Positions 40,300-51,031 of a stretch of 64,000 bases of DNA are shown here, one piece after another (position 1 is the first letter of the stretch; each line of letters begins with the position of its first letter). The translations under genes were made by a program, and so were the position numbers. The notes under the pieces are model-generated. The model saw nothing but the letters and a program-made list of their open reading frames with translations, had not been told where the DNA came from and ran no database searches. The stretch is from Escherichia coli (lineage in GTDB: Bacteria; Pseudomonadota; Gammaproteobacteria; Enterobacterales; Enterobacteriaceae). Location of the stretch: the NCBI RefSeq assembly GCF_046105845.1, contig NZ_CP151004.1; one strand, 5' to 3'.

Positions 40300-41253
40300 T
40301 TACCATATATCTATGGGTTTTGTTTTCTGCTCATCTAAACAAAATGCACAGATGTAAGCCCCCTTACTTCGGTTGTACTGAACCGTTTCTAAAGCAGAGT
40401 CAAGATGTTTACTATCAAAGTTCCAGCTTTTTTCCATAACAGAAACACATTTTCTGCAATAGAAACTTTCTTTTGAGTTAGTATCTCCTGAATCATTTTT
40501 AGTGTAGCCAAAGAATTTTTTTGCTGATTCCTTTGAACATGCGGAAATGGCTGCAGTGAACTCATAATGAGTTTGAAGCATAGCCCATACAATACCTGAA
40601 AATTCTTCATCCTCGTCTTCATCTAGTCCTATATTAATGCCGCCAGAGGAATGTATTGCTTTATATTTATACCTATGCCATATCCAGTGTGCTGATTCAG
40701 TATTTAGATAGTTGTGAGCACGTACAACTGATGTGAAAATTAGCTCTGGCATTATATCTGTTTTTTTATCAACCGTATGCATAAAACGATTTCTTAGAAT
40801 GCGCATACTATTAAACCAAGTAATAAAGTCATCAGGCAGTGATTTAGAGGCGAAAGTATTATATACTTTAATTAAATCTTGGGCGTCTAATGTGTGGAAG
40901 TCTGAAAATGAAATGTTACCTTCACTATCAGGTTTAGGTGTATTGCGAGTTGCATTCGTGATAAGTAGATAAGGTGATATTTCGACGATAAGTCCTTTTA
41001 GTCTGAATTCAATGGATTGAAGTATCAAATTAAAAGATGTAATCAATTTTGGTCTAGCAAATAACCAATAATGCTCTAAATTTTTAATATCTGATTCTGT
41101 ATAGAATTTAGACGTTTTACAATAACTATTCCAAAGGTTTATATCTCTGTAATCATAAGCTAAATCGGCAATTTTTTCCCAAGCCTCATTTACCATGTGG
41201 TCAGCCATTGTATAAAAATCAGTCTTTGTTGGAATGTCAGTTATCATTATCAA
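40300..41253 (-). CDS. Hypothetical protein with HEPN-like Rx4H motif and C-terminal CxxC…CxxC zinc ribbon (candidate defence/Abi ribonuclease)
   Basis: 317-aa AT-rich ORF; motif RILRNRFMH (R154-x4-H159); C266RKC269 … C302AFC305. Confidence 0.65.
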   Translation of the reverse strand: MIMITDIPTKTDFYTMADHMVNEAWEKIADLAYDYRDINLWNSYCKTSKFYTESDIKNLEHYWLFARPKLITSFNLILQSIEFRLKGLIVEISPYLLITNATRNTPKPDSEGNISFSDFHTLDAQDLIKVYNTFASKSLPDDFITWFNSMRILRNRFMHTVDKKTDIMPELIFTSVVRAHNYLNTESAHWIWHRYKYKAIHSSGGINIGLDEDEDEEFSGIVWAMLQTHYEFTAAISACSKESAKKFFGYTKNDSGDTNSKESFYCRKCVSVMEKSWNFDSKHLDSALETVQYNRSKGAYICAFCLDEQKTKPIDIW

Positions 41254-41484
41254 TCTACCTTTGGGTCTTTATTGTTGTCTATCAAGATATAATATTCAGG
41301 CTGGAGTGGCTAATGTTGATCTACTTATTTTCTCCCGGTAAGTCAGTTTATCGCGATATAAGCCGCATTTGATTTTGGCGACTATGGTCGTGTTAGGTAT
41401 GTATCTGGCGTGTTACTGCGCCAGATTAAATATAAACCAATAATATTAAAGGGTGTTACTCTCTTGACAGATTTAGGGAACAAA

Positions 41485-41679
41485 TCACTCGTCAGCTGAC
41501 TCCCAAGTATCTTTCAGAGTTTCCTGAACAAAAGTTTTAGCTGAATCTTTATCGGCGGTGCGCCTAACAGAAAAACCATCGTTGCTGGTGGCTTTTACGA
41601 TCATCTCCACATCGTCATAATGCTCGCCAATGTATTGGGTTAATTCTTCCTTTAATGCGTCTACAGCGCCGTTTGGCAT
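41485..41679 (-). CDS. Small acidic hypothetical protein (64 aa)
   Basis: ORF-track ORF in AT-rich island, flanked by more than 200 bp non-coding on both sides; no recognisable motif. Confidence 0.45.
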   Translation of the reverse strand: MPNGAVDALKEELTQYIGEHYDDVEMIVKATSNDGFSVRRTADKDSAKTFVQETLKDTWESADE

Positions 41680-42023
41680 TTGGTCATTTTGTCTTTGGCT
41701 ATGGAGATCTCAATACGCATAACATTTCTTTTGTACTGCGTTTGTAGACAGTATTATTCTTATCTGTGTAAATAAACAGTATCAAGACTTCGTTTTAGCT
41801 GCATAAGAAAAAAGAGATGGATACATTCGGAAAGATTTTGATGGTGGTAGGCTAAGTGAATAGCCTAAAGGTGTTTTACCCCAATTATTCCCCGGTATTT
41901 CTCCGCATAAAAAACAATCATAAAAACAACAGCCATAATAGGCTGGTTCTTAAGGGATTTTTGGTCCACGAGAGAATTTGAACCTCCGACCCCCGACACC
42001 CCATAATGGTGTAATTAATCAGG

Positions 42024-42392
42024 TTAAATATTTAGCAGATCCTCTACAATATCATTAAACCCAGATGCCTGTTTAGATACAGAATTGAATAAGTCTCTAA
42101 GTGCTTGTGTTTGCTCAAAAGTTTCCCAAAGTGTTTTATAACTTGGCGTTACAATTGCTAATACTAAGCCTTCCGCCCATGACCATTCATGTTCATCAAA
42201 ATAGTAGCGATATTTTCTGCTGTATATAACAAAATCCTTTTCCTTATATTTAGCATGAAACACAACTTGAATTATATCCTGTGTACCATTAACAAGGTTT
42301 TCAGGCGCATCAATTGCCATCCAATTTATCATTTTTTGGACAGTTAACTTATTTAATGAAACAATTAGCTTTGTGGTTTTATCGTTATGCAT
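42024..42392 (-). CDS. Hypothetical protein (122 aa), second gene of two-gene operon
   Basis: AT-rich ORF starting 2 nt after the stop of ORF 42395-42856. Confidence 0.6.
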   Translation of the reverse strand: MHNDKTTKLIVSLNKLTVQKMINWMAIDAPENLVNGTQDIIQVVFHAKYKEKDFVIYSRKYRYYFDEHEWSWAEGLVLAIVTPSYKTLWETFEQTQALRDLFNSVSKQASGFNDIVEDLLNI

Positions 42393-42394
42393 AA

Positions 42395-42856
42395 TTAGTC
42401 CAGTTGCATATCTTTCACAATTTCGTTAACTCTTGAGTTGAGTATACTCAACTTCTCATAGAGCTTCCAGGCTTGGTCTTGGTCATTGATATTAATGGAG
42501 ATTTCTTTTCTTCGAAAGATTCCTTTGGGTTTGACTTCATCAAAAAATATATCAATCTTTGAGCGTTCCTTGGTTGGAAGCCTGCTGAAAAGGCTTTCAG
42601 TTAGCACTGCACACTCAGTAAACTCCTTACGTATAAATTCTTTCTGAGTAACCCAGTCTCCAATAGCATCATTTATCAATGAGGCTTTTTTTTGAAGATT
42701 GCTATGGATTTCAGGTATTCGAACCTTGTTTCTGAGAGTGGCCTTCAATGAACGCGTCGTAAAAAAAAGTTTTACAGTTACAACAAAACCGACAATACCC
42801 GCTAGGGAGGATATGTCAGTTACCGTCTGTGATAGGGGCCAAGTCAGGATATCCAT
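42395..42856 (-). CDS. Hypothetical membrane-anchored protein (153 aa, one predicted N-terminal TM helix)
   Basis: Hydrophobic stretch SSLAGIVGFVVTVKLFFT near N-terminus; AT-rich; immediately downstream of ssrA terminator. Confidence 0.6.
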   Translation of the reverse strand: MDILTWPLSQTVTDISSLAGIVGFVVTVKLFFTTRSLKATLRNKVRIPEIHSNLQKKASLINDAIGDWVTQKEFIRKEFTECAVLTESLFSRLPTKERSKIDIFFDEVKPKGIFRRKEISININDQDQAWKLYEKLSILNSRVNEIVKDMQLD

Positions 42857-42887
42857 GATGAAAAATCCAATGCTTAAGTTGATACGA

Positions 42888-42940
42888 AAAAACCCGCATA
42901 TGCGGGTTTTTTCGTCGCTCGGGAGCCGCGGCTCCTTTGC
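42888..42940. terminator. Tandem hairpins downstream of ssrA (bidirectional terminator-like)
   Basis: AAAAAACCCGCATATGCGGGTTTTTT palindrome flanked by A/T runs plus GGAGCCGCGGCTCC palindrome followed by T-rich tract. Confidence 0.6.
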
Positions 42941-43037
42941 GTATCCTTTTTTGTCTCCTCACCGTCTGGTCGGTGTCTTGCTGAGACTTCTAACTTCCTG
43001 TTTTTGTTGGTGTTGTCCTTGCACCGTTCAATCATGA

Positions 43038-43400
43038 TTGGTGGAGCTGGCGGGAGTTGAACCCGCGTCCGAAATTCCTACGTCCTCGGTACTACATGCT
43101 TAGTCAGTCTTTACATTCGCTTGCCAGCTGCGGACGGACACGCCACTAACAAACTAGCCTGATTAAGTTTTAACGCTTCAACCCCAGGCAGGGCTTCCAC
43201 GCGATCTCTTTTGGGTTTGACCTCTCTTGATCCCCGTCCTAAGAGCGGAGGCTAGGGAGAGAGGGCTCTAAGCAGGTTATTAAGCTGCTAAAGCGTAGTT
43301 TTCGTCGTTTGCGACTATTTTTTGCGGCTTTTTACGAGGCCAACCGCCCCTCGGCATGCACCTTGGGTTTCGCAAATCCCGTCGAATCCAGAATCAGCCC
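43038..43400 (-). ncRNA. ssrA: tmRNA (SsrA)
   Basis: Reverse complement reads GGGGCTGATTCTGGATTCGACGGGATTTGCGAAACCC…GGTTCAACTCCCGCCAGCTCCACCA, including tag-peptide coding region; boundaries within about 1 nt. Confidence 0.97.
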
Positions 43401-43615
43401 CAATGTGTAACGGTAAGTATACCAGATTCATGAGTGCCATGACCAGCCTCAATGGCGTTATCGTTAAAGATTTAGCACCCATGTAGCCTGATTTTTATTC
43501 GATTAAGCAATGGGATGGCAACATTTTCGTCGGATGTGATAGCCAATAAGATGTGCATTCGCGCCGCCGGAGAGGGAGGCGCGGTGAGGAACTGGTCAAT
43601 AATTGGAGTGCAGGT

Positions 43616-44098
43616 TTAACGGTGGGCGTTTTTCATGATACGCGCTTTATCCACCTGCCATTCGCGCTCTTTGATATCTGAACGTTTATCGTGCTGTTTC
43701 TTACCTTTGGCGACGCCGATTTTCACTTTGCACCAGGCATTTTTCCAGTACAGGGAGAGCGCCACTACGGTATAGCCTTCTCGATTGACGCGACCGTACA
43801 ATGAGTCCAGTTCGCGCTGGTTGAGAAGTAACTTGCGGGTACGGGTAGGATCGCACACCACATGCGTGGAGGCCACGGCCATTGGCGTGATGTTAGCGCC
43901 AAACAGAAATGCCTCTCCGTCACGCAGAAGGACGTAGCTGTCGCTGATATTGGCTTTTCCTGCGCGCAGGGATTTAACCTCCCAGCCTTGCAGGGCAAGT
44001 CCCGCTTCGAACTCTTCTTCGATAAAGTATTCGTGACGGGCGCGCTTGTTAAGCGCGATGGTCGCTGAACCAGGTTTATGTGCTTTTTTCTTCGTCAT
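43616..44098 (-). CDS. smpB: SsrA-binding protein SmpB
   Basis: 160-aa [51 protein letters not shown]…. Confidence 0.97.
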
Positions 44099-44229
44099 AA
44101 GCGTCGTGAATCATCGGTAATCTGAAATCGAAAACACCCCATATCAATCCTGCGGGGGACAAGGCTCTATCTTAGCATGAACCCGATGTTACCCAGCGCC
44201 GGGATAGCGTTTTTTTTACAGCAGGATAA

Positions 44230-44706
44230 ATGATATTATTTGTTGGATTTTTGTTGATGGAAATTGTTATGCCTCAGATTAGCCGGACCGCACTGGTACC
44301 CTACAGCGCGGAGCAAATGTATCAGTTAGTGAATGACGTTCAGTCTTATCCTCAGTTTTTGCCGGGTTGTACCGGAAGTCGGATTCTGGAGTCCACTCCT
44401 GGGCAGATGACTGCGGCGGTAGATGTCTCTAAGGCTGGGATCAGCAAAACGTTTACTACCCGCAACCAGTTGACCAGTAACCAAAGTATTCTTATGCATC
44501 TGGTGGATGGGCCGTTCAAGAAATTGATCGGTGGATGGAAGTTTACGCCGCTGAGCCAGGAGGCGTGTCGTATCGAGTTTCATCTCGACTTTGAGTTTAC
44601 CAATAAGTTGATTGAACTCGCCTTTGGTCGCGTGTTTAAAGAGCTGGCGGCTAATATGGTCCAGGCTTTTACGGTTCGTGCGAAAGAGGTTTACAGTGCC
44701 AGGTAA
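44230..44706 (+). CDS. ratA: SRPBCC-family protein RatA/PasT
   Basis: 158-aa ORF; alternative start at 44269 (MPQISRT) possible. Confidence 0.9.
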   Translation: MILFVGFLLMEIVMPQISRTALVPYSAEQMYQLVNDVQSYPQFLPGCTGSRILESTPGQMTAAVDVSKAGISKTFTTRNQLTSNQSILMHLVDGPFKKLIGGWKFTPLSQEACRIEFHLDFEFTNKLIELAFGRVFKELAANMVQAFTVRAKEVYSAR

Positions 44707-44986
44707 AATTGCCGTTGAGGTGGCTTATGCGCTACCTGAGAAGCAGTACCTGCAGCGTGTGACGCTGCAGGAGGGTGCGACGGTTGAAGAAGCTATTCGC
44801 GCCAGTGGCTTGCTGGAATTGCGTACCGATATCGATTTAACTAAAAACAAAGTCGGCATTTATAGCCGTCCGGCAAAACTGAGCGATAGTGTGCATGATG
44901 GCGATCGGGTGGAGATTTATCGCCCTCTCATTGCCGATCCGAAAGAGCTGCGCAGGCAACGAGCAGAAAAATCAGCGAATAAATAA
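44696..44986 (+). CDS. ratB: RnfH-family protein RatB (YfjF)
   Basis: GTG start at 44696 overlapping ratA stop; [22 protein letters not shown]…. Confidence 0.85.
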
Positions 44987-44995
44987 CAGACAGAA

Positions 44996-45024
44996 AAAAG
45001 GTGCTCATTGAGCACCTTTTTTAA
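44996..45024. terminator. Bidirectional rho-independent terminator between ratB and bamE
   Basis: AAAAAAGGTGCTCAttgaGCACCTTTTTT palindrome with flanking A/T runs. Confidence 0.7.
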
Positions 45025-45047
45025 CGTCTTTGAGAGCAACTTTATTA

Positions 45048-45389
45048 TTAGTTACCACTCAGCGCAGGTTTGTTATCAATGTTGGTCAACACACCGCTAC
45101 TGTTAAAGGTCAGCGTCAGCGTTTGCTGCGTTACACCTTCATGACCTGGTTGCTGGCGGAAGACATAGAACCAGGTATTCGTACCAAATGGATCGGACAT
45201 CAACGGTGTACCCAATGCGTACGCAACTTGTTGTTGCGTCATGCCAACGCGTATTTTGGATACGTCGTTAGCGGTCAGATAATTCCCCTGGTTGATATCA
45301 GGACGGTAAACCACTCGCTCCAGAGTGGAACAGCCTGCGGTCAACATCAATAGTACTGCTGCTGCAGCAGTCAGCGTTTTACAGCGCAT
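45048..45389 (-). CDS. bamE: Outer membrane assembly lipoprotein BamE (SmpA)
   Basis: 113-aa ORF with lipobox LTAGC. Confidence 0.95.
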
Positions 45390-45537
45390 AGTGATTTGAT
45401 TCCTTTTCGGGCCCGAGCAGTACGTGGCTCATCTGTAATATGCCGATGATAATAGACCTTTCATCACTTTAAAACCTTTTGCTTTCCGGTCTTACGGCGT
45501 TTTGCTGTTTACTCTGACCGTGAAGCAGGAAAAAAGT

Positions 45538-47199
45538 TTACGCCGCAAGTAGTTCTTTCGCATTCGCCAGTGTGTTACGTGTGACTTCACTGCCACCAAG
45601 CAGGCGCGCCAGCTCTTGTAACCGCGCTTTTTTATCCAGGGATTGCATATGCGTTTCTGTCATCGCACCATCGGTTTCTTTGCTGACAAAATAGTGTTGA
45701 TGACCACATCCCGCGACTTGTGGCAGGTGGGTAACACACATCACCTGAGTTGATTCGCCGAGTTGACGCAGCAGTTTGCCAACAACTGCCGCTGTTGGGC
45801 CGCTAATCCCTACATCCACTTCATCAAAAATCAGTGCCGGGGTTTCCATTTTACGCGCCGTGATGACCTGAATTGCCAGTGCGATGCGGGACAATTCACC
45901 ACCGGATGCGACTTTGGCAATAGGCTGCATTGGCTGACCTGGGTTGGTGGTTACCCGAAATTCAATACGATCAGCGCCGTCAGCGCCCAGGTGATGCTCG
46001 TCAAATTTAACATCAATCGTAAACTGCCCATGCGGCATAGAGAGTGCATGCATACTGTCGGTGATCAGCTGTGCAAGTTCTTCTGCATAGTGCTGGCGTT
46101 GCTGGTGTAATGCGTGCGCGGTTTCCAGTGCCTGCTGATGATGTTTCGTTACCGCCAGCGTGAGCGTTTCTTGTGAGTCGGCCTGATCGTCCAGTTGCTG
46201 CTGTTCTTCCAGTAGCGACTGGTAATACTGTGGCAATGCCTCAGGGCTGACGTGATGTTTACGTGCCAGCGAAATCTGTTTTGAGATGCGCTGTTCAAGT
46301 TCAAACAGTCGGTTGGGATCGAGATCCAGACGATCGCAGTAGTGGCGCAGTTCATCGCTGGCTTCAGCAATCTGGATGGTAGCTTCTTCCAGCATATCAA
46401 GTACGCCGGACAGTTTGCTGTCCATGCCAATCAATTCGCTTACCAGTTGTTTAGCCGTGTAAAGCCGACTTTGCAGGTTTGCGTCTTCACCATCGGCCAT
46501 TAATGCCAATGCATTCTGGCTGGTGGTCAGTAATTGGCCGCTATTCGCCAGACGTTTGTACTCTTCGTCGATTTGCTCAAACTCTCCGGGCTGCGGATTA
46601 AATTCGTTAAGTTCTTTTAATTGGTATTGCAGCAGTTCCGCACGGGCAGCACGTTCCTGACTTAACTGTTGATGATGCGCGAGGTCACGGCAGCTTTGAT
46701 GCCACAACTGATAACGTGCGGTCATTTCCTGGAGCAGAGAGGTTTCATTGGCATAGCCATCAAGAAGGAATTTTTGGTGCTCGGGTTTGGTAAGTAACTG
46801 ATGAGCATGCTGACCATGGATCTGAATCAGCAACTGACCTAGTTCGCGCAGTTGTGACAGAGGAACAGCTGTACCGTTGATAAAACCTCGTGAGCGACCA
46901 TCGCTGCTGATTACGCGACGAAGCAGACATTCACGGCCATCTTCCAGTTGGTTTTCTTCCAGCCAGCGCAGAGCCGCTGGCGTATCTTTCAGTGAAAAAC
47001 GGGCGCACAGGTCGGCACGAGCAGCGCCGGTACGCACCATGTCGGCTTCAGCGCGACCACCGAGACAAAGGCCGAGGGCATCTATTGCAATAGATTTACC
47101 CGCGCCGGTCTCGCCAGTTATTACGGTCATGCCGCTATGAAAATCAATCTCAAGCTCACGAACGATAGCAAAGTTGCTGATGGTCAGTTGTGCCAACAT
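45538..47199 (-). CDS. recN: DNA repair protein RecN
   Basis: 553-aa SMC-like ORF with Walker A GETGAGKS. Confidence 0.96.
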   Translation of the reverse strand: MLAQLTISNFAIVRELEIDFHSGMTVITGETGAGKSIAIDALGLCLGGRAEADMVRTGAARADLCARFSLKDTPAALRWLEENQLEDGRECLLRRVISSDGRSRGFINGTAVPLSQLRELGQLLIQIHGQHAHQLLTKPEHQKFLLDGYANETSLLQEMTARYQLWHQSCRDLAHHQQLSQERAARAELLQYQLKELNEFNPQPGEFEQIDEEYKRLANSGQLLTTSQNALALMADGEDANLQSRLYTAKQLVSELIGMDSKLSGVLDMLEEATIQIAEASDELRHYCDRLDLDPNRLFELEQRISKQISLARKHHVSPEALPQYYQSLLEEQQQLDDQADSQETLTLAVTKHHQQALETAHALHQQRQHYAEELAQLITDSMHALSMPHGQFTIDVKFDEHHLGADGADRIEFRVTTNPGQPMQPIAKVASGGELSRIALAIQVITARKMETPALIFDEVDVGISGPTAAVVGKLLRQLGESTQVMCVTHLPQVAGCGHQHYFVSKETDGAMTETHMQSLDKKARLQELARLLGGSEVTRNTLANAKELLAA

Positions 47200-47284
47200 A
47201 GTTGTTTTCCTGTATGAAAAACCATTACTGTTATTGTGTACAGTATAAACTGGTTTTATATACAGTAAAGAGGCTGGCGTAAAA

Positions 47285-48163
47285 TTAGAATAATTTTTTT
47301 GACCAGCCGAGCTTGGTGCTTAATGTATTGAAATAACTGTAATCTTTCGGATGAATCAGATTCAGATGGTAATCACAGCGACGAATCAGGACATCTTCAC
47401 CTTCCTGAATCGGCAGTGCTATCTGGCTGTCGCAACTGATTTCCAGGTCGTTACGGCGATGCGAAAAACGCAGACGGATCGTGCTGCTGCTGTTTATGAC
47501 CAGTGGTCGTGCTGACAACGTATGCGGGAACATGGGCACCAGGGTAATCGCATCCAGAGAGGGGGTCAGAATAGGACCGCCCGCAGAGAGGGAATAGGCG
47601 GTGGAGCCTGTTGGCGTCGAAATAATTAGCCCATCAGATCGCTGAGAAAACGCAAAGATCTCGTCGATATACACTTCGAACTCTATCATATGCGCCACTT
47701 TGCCTGGATGAAGTACCACTTCATTTATCGCGGTGCTGATGCGCTTTTGGCAATCTTGCTGACAGACTTGCGCTTCCAGCAAAAAACGTTTCTCGCTGAT
47801 GTAGTGACCTTCCAGCACATCGGCTAATTGTTGCTGGGCGTTATCGGGGTCAAGGTCAGTCAGGAAACCCAGGTTGCCACGGTTGATTCCAATAACTTTA
47901 ATATCGTAACGGGCGAGCGTGCGCGCCGCGCCCAGCATATTACCGTCGCCACCAACGACTACCGCGAGATCAGCCAGTTGCCCAATCTCCGCGAGCGTGC
48001 CAGTTTTCACATTCTTCAGTTGCAGTTCGTGAGCGATTTGTTGCTCAACGATGACCTCGTAACCTTTTGTGCACAGCCAGCGGTAGAGCATTTCATGTGT
48101 TGTCAGTGCAGTAGGGTGCCGTGGGTGTCCCACAATGCCAATACACTTGAAATGATTATTCAT
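47285..48163 (-). CDS. nadK: NAD kinase NadK
   Basis: ORF 47285-48340; start trimmed to ATG 48163 ([14 protein letters not shown]…), GGDG motif present. Confidence 0.95.
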
Positions 48164-48260
48164 TTTTCCGAGGTCCTTGTTGCGAAGATTGATGACAATG
48201 TGAGTGCTTCCCTTGAAACCCTGAAACTGATCCCCATAATAAGCGAAGTTAGCGAGATGA

Positions 48261-48878
<618 letters not shown>

Positions 48879-48899
48879 TTTCTGCTTTCGTAATAAATC

Positions 48900-48933
48900 A
48901 CGGCCCAGCATGCGAATGCCGGGCCGTTTTCGT
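48900..48933 (+). terminator. Rho-independent terminator after grpE
   Basis: cggcccagcatgcgaatgccgggccg hairpin followed by TTTTCGTT. Confidence 0.7.
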
Positions 48934-50219
48934 TACTCCGCCACACTCTCGCGCAGCGGTTTCACAGGAAAAACTTTTACCTGTTTAATCATATTGTCCT
49001 GTACGTCGAGAATGTCGATGTCGTACTCGCCAATACGTACACGAGTGCCCGCGACCGGGATCTCTTCCAGTGCCTCAAGAATGACGCCATTAACCGTGCG
49101 GGCATCATCTTCCGGTAGATGCCAGTTAAAGGCTTTGTTGATTTCCCGCACGTTGGCAGTGCCATCAATAATCACCGAACCGTCGTTTTGCGGAGTGACT
49201 TCTTCGGCAAGTGTTGGCGACATCGAGGTAGTGAAATCGCCGACAATCTCTTCCAGAATATCTTCAACCGTCACCAGCCCCTGAATGTCTCCGTATTCGT
49301 TGACGACCAGGCCGACTTTCTTTTTGTTGCGCTGAAACTTTACCAGTTGCGTGCTGAGTGGCGTGCCTTCGGGCACAAAATAGATCTCGTCCGCGGCGCG
49401 TAGCATGGTTTCTTTGGTGAACTCTTTTTTCTCCGACATCAACCGCCAGGCTTCACGTACTCGCAGCATACTGATGGCGTCGTCCAACGAATCACGGTAG
49501 AGCACGATGCGCCCGTGAGGTGAGTGGGAGAGTTGGCGCAGAATCGATTTCCAGTCATCGTTGATATCAATACCGATAATTTCACTGCGCGGCACCATGA
49601 TGTCATCAACGGTCATCTTTTCCAGATCGAGCACAGACAGCAGCATATCCTGATTGCGACGGGAAATTTGTGAGCGTGATTCGTGCACGATAGTGCGCAA
49701 CTCTTCTTTGCTCAAAGAGCCGCTAACCACGATATCGGTTTTGATACCCATCATGCGCATCAGCATACGGGTGATAGCATTCAGCAACCAGACCAGCGGC
49801 ATCATCAAAATTTGCAGCGGAGCCAGCAGAAAACTACTCGGATAAGCGACTTTTTCCGGGTACAGCGCGGCAATGGTTTTCGGCAATACCTCAGCAAAAA
49901 CCAGTACGACAAAAGTCAGCACACCAGTCGCAATTGCCACGCCCGCATCGCCGTACAAACGCATCCCAACAATAGTGCCGAGCGCGGAGGCAAGAATATT
50001 GACCAGGTTATTGCCGATTAACACCAGGCTAATCAGGCGGTCTGGCTTACGCAGCAATTTTTCGACGCGTTTGGCCGAGCGATTACCCTGTTTCGCCATA
50101 TGTCGCAGACGATAGCGGTTGAGGGTCATCATTCCGGTTTCGGACCCGGAAAAATAGGCTGAAATGACCACCATGATGATCAGAATAATGATCAACGTAG
50201 TAGTAGAAATGTGTTCCAG
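48933..50219 (-). CDS. yfjD: CorC/HlyC-family (CNNM, CBS-pair) inner-membrane protein YfjD
   Basis: ORF-track frame 48933-50195 (420 aa); the frame stays open upstream (LEHISTTT…) with no ATG, so the 5' end 50219 is a possible non-canonical start and is uncertain. Confidence 0.85.
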   Translation of the reverse strand: MEHISTTTLIIILIIMVVISAYFSGSETGMMTLNRYRLRHMAKQGNRSAKRVEKLLRKPDRLISLVLIGNNLVNILASALGTIVGMRLYGDAGVAIATGVLTFVVLVFAEVLPKTIAALYPEKVAYPSSFLLAPLQILMMPLVWLLNAITRMLMRMMGIKTDIVVSGSLSKEELRTIVHESRSQISRRNQDMLLSVLDLEKMTVDDIMVPRSEIIGIDINDDWKSILRQLSHSPHGRIVLYRDSLDDAISMLRVREAWRLMSEKKEFTKETMLRAADEIYFVPEGTPLSTQLVKFQRNKKKVGLVVNEYGDIQGLVTVEDILEEIVGDFTTSMSPTLAEEVTPQNDGSVIIDGTANVREINKAFNWHLPEDDARTVNGVILEALEEIPVAGTRVRIGEYDIDILDVQDNMIKQVKVFPVKPLRESVAE

Positions 50220-50239
50220 GGGAAACTCCTTTTCTGGGT

Positions 50240-51031
50240 TTAGCTGATTAACTGCTGGACAATTCGGCTGCCGAAGTAGGCCAGTGTCAGGATGACTGCA
50301 CCCGCAACGTTAAACCAGACGACGCGGCGTCCACGCCATCCTTCATGATAATGTCCCCACAGCAGCACAATATAGACAAACCACGCCACGATAGAGAGCA
50401 CGGCCTTGTCGATATTTTCCATGCTAAATAAGTTGTGCATGTAGAACAGGCCAGTGCAAAGCGTGAGCGTTAGCAGCACCACGCCAATCTGCGTGATGTG
50501 GAACATTTTACGCTCGATACTCATCAATGGCGGCATTTCCTGGTTAAACGCCAGCTTCTTGTTCTTCAGTTGGTAATCAATCCACGCCAGTTGCAGCGCG
50601 TACAGGGCGGCGATAATCAGCGTGGCATAGGAAAAGAGCGATAAGCCAATGTGCACCAGCATCCCAGGCGTAGCTTCCAGATGGGTGATGTATTCATTGG
50701 GCATGAAGGTCGCCAGCGCAAGGTTGATAAGCGCAAAGGCATAGACAATGGGTAGCAGCAACCAGCCACGATTGCGAGAAGCCACAATGGTCATTACCGT
50801 ACAGATCATCAAACTGACCAATGAACCAACATTCAGCAGGCTGAGGTTTTGTCCGCTATCACCGTCGGGCAGGATGCGGGCTTCCAGAGCGATTGCGTGG
50901 CAGACCAGCGCGATGACCGCAGAAATAATAGCCATGCGCCGCCAGCCGCCGTTTTTTTGCAGCAGACCGGGAACAATCAGCGCAAGACTGACGGAGTAGG
51001 CGACAAGCGCGAGCAGAGCAAAAACGGGCAT
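50240..51031 (-). CDS. ypjD: Inner-membrane protein YpjD (CcsA-like)
   Basis: ORF 50240-51106; start trimmed to ATG 51031 (MPVFALLALVAYSVSL…). Confidence 0.9.
   Translation of the reverse strand: MPVFALLALVAYSVSLALIVPGLLQKNGGWRRMAIISAVIALVCHAIALEARILPDGDSGQNLSLLNVGSLVSLMICTVMTIVASRNRGWLLLPIVYAFALINLALATFMPNEYITHLEATPGMLVHIGLSLFSYATLIIAALYALQLAWIDYQLKNKKLAFNQEMPPLMSIERKMFHITQIGVVLLTLTLCTGLFYMHNLFSMENIDKAVLSIVAWFVYIVLLWGHYHEGWRGRRVVWFNVAGAVILTLAYFGSRIVQQLIS

Noticed and set aside
40212-40439. 75-aa plus-strand ORF between tfa and the 317-aa gene
   Set aside because: It overlaps the 3' end of the 317-aa minus-strand ORF in antisense and has a hydrophobic low-complexity translation; likely spurious.
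41960-42003. tRNA-3'-end-like fragment on the minus strand (…GGAGGTTCAAATTCTCTCGTGGACCA) that could be an att-site remnant
   Set aside because: Although it contains a GGTTCAAAT T-loop-like string and ends in ACCA, the flanking bases cannot form a 5-bp T-stem or a proper acceptor stem, and it does not match the tmRNA or ileY 3' ends. Most likely a chance resemblance.
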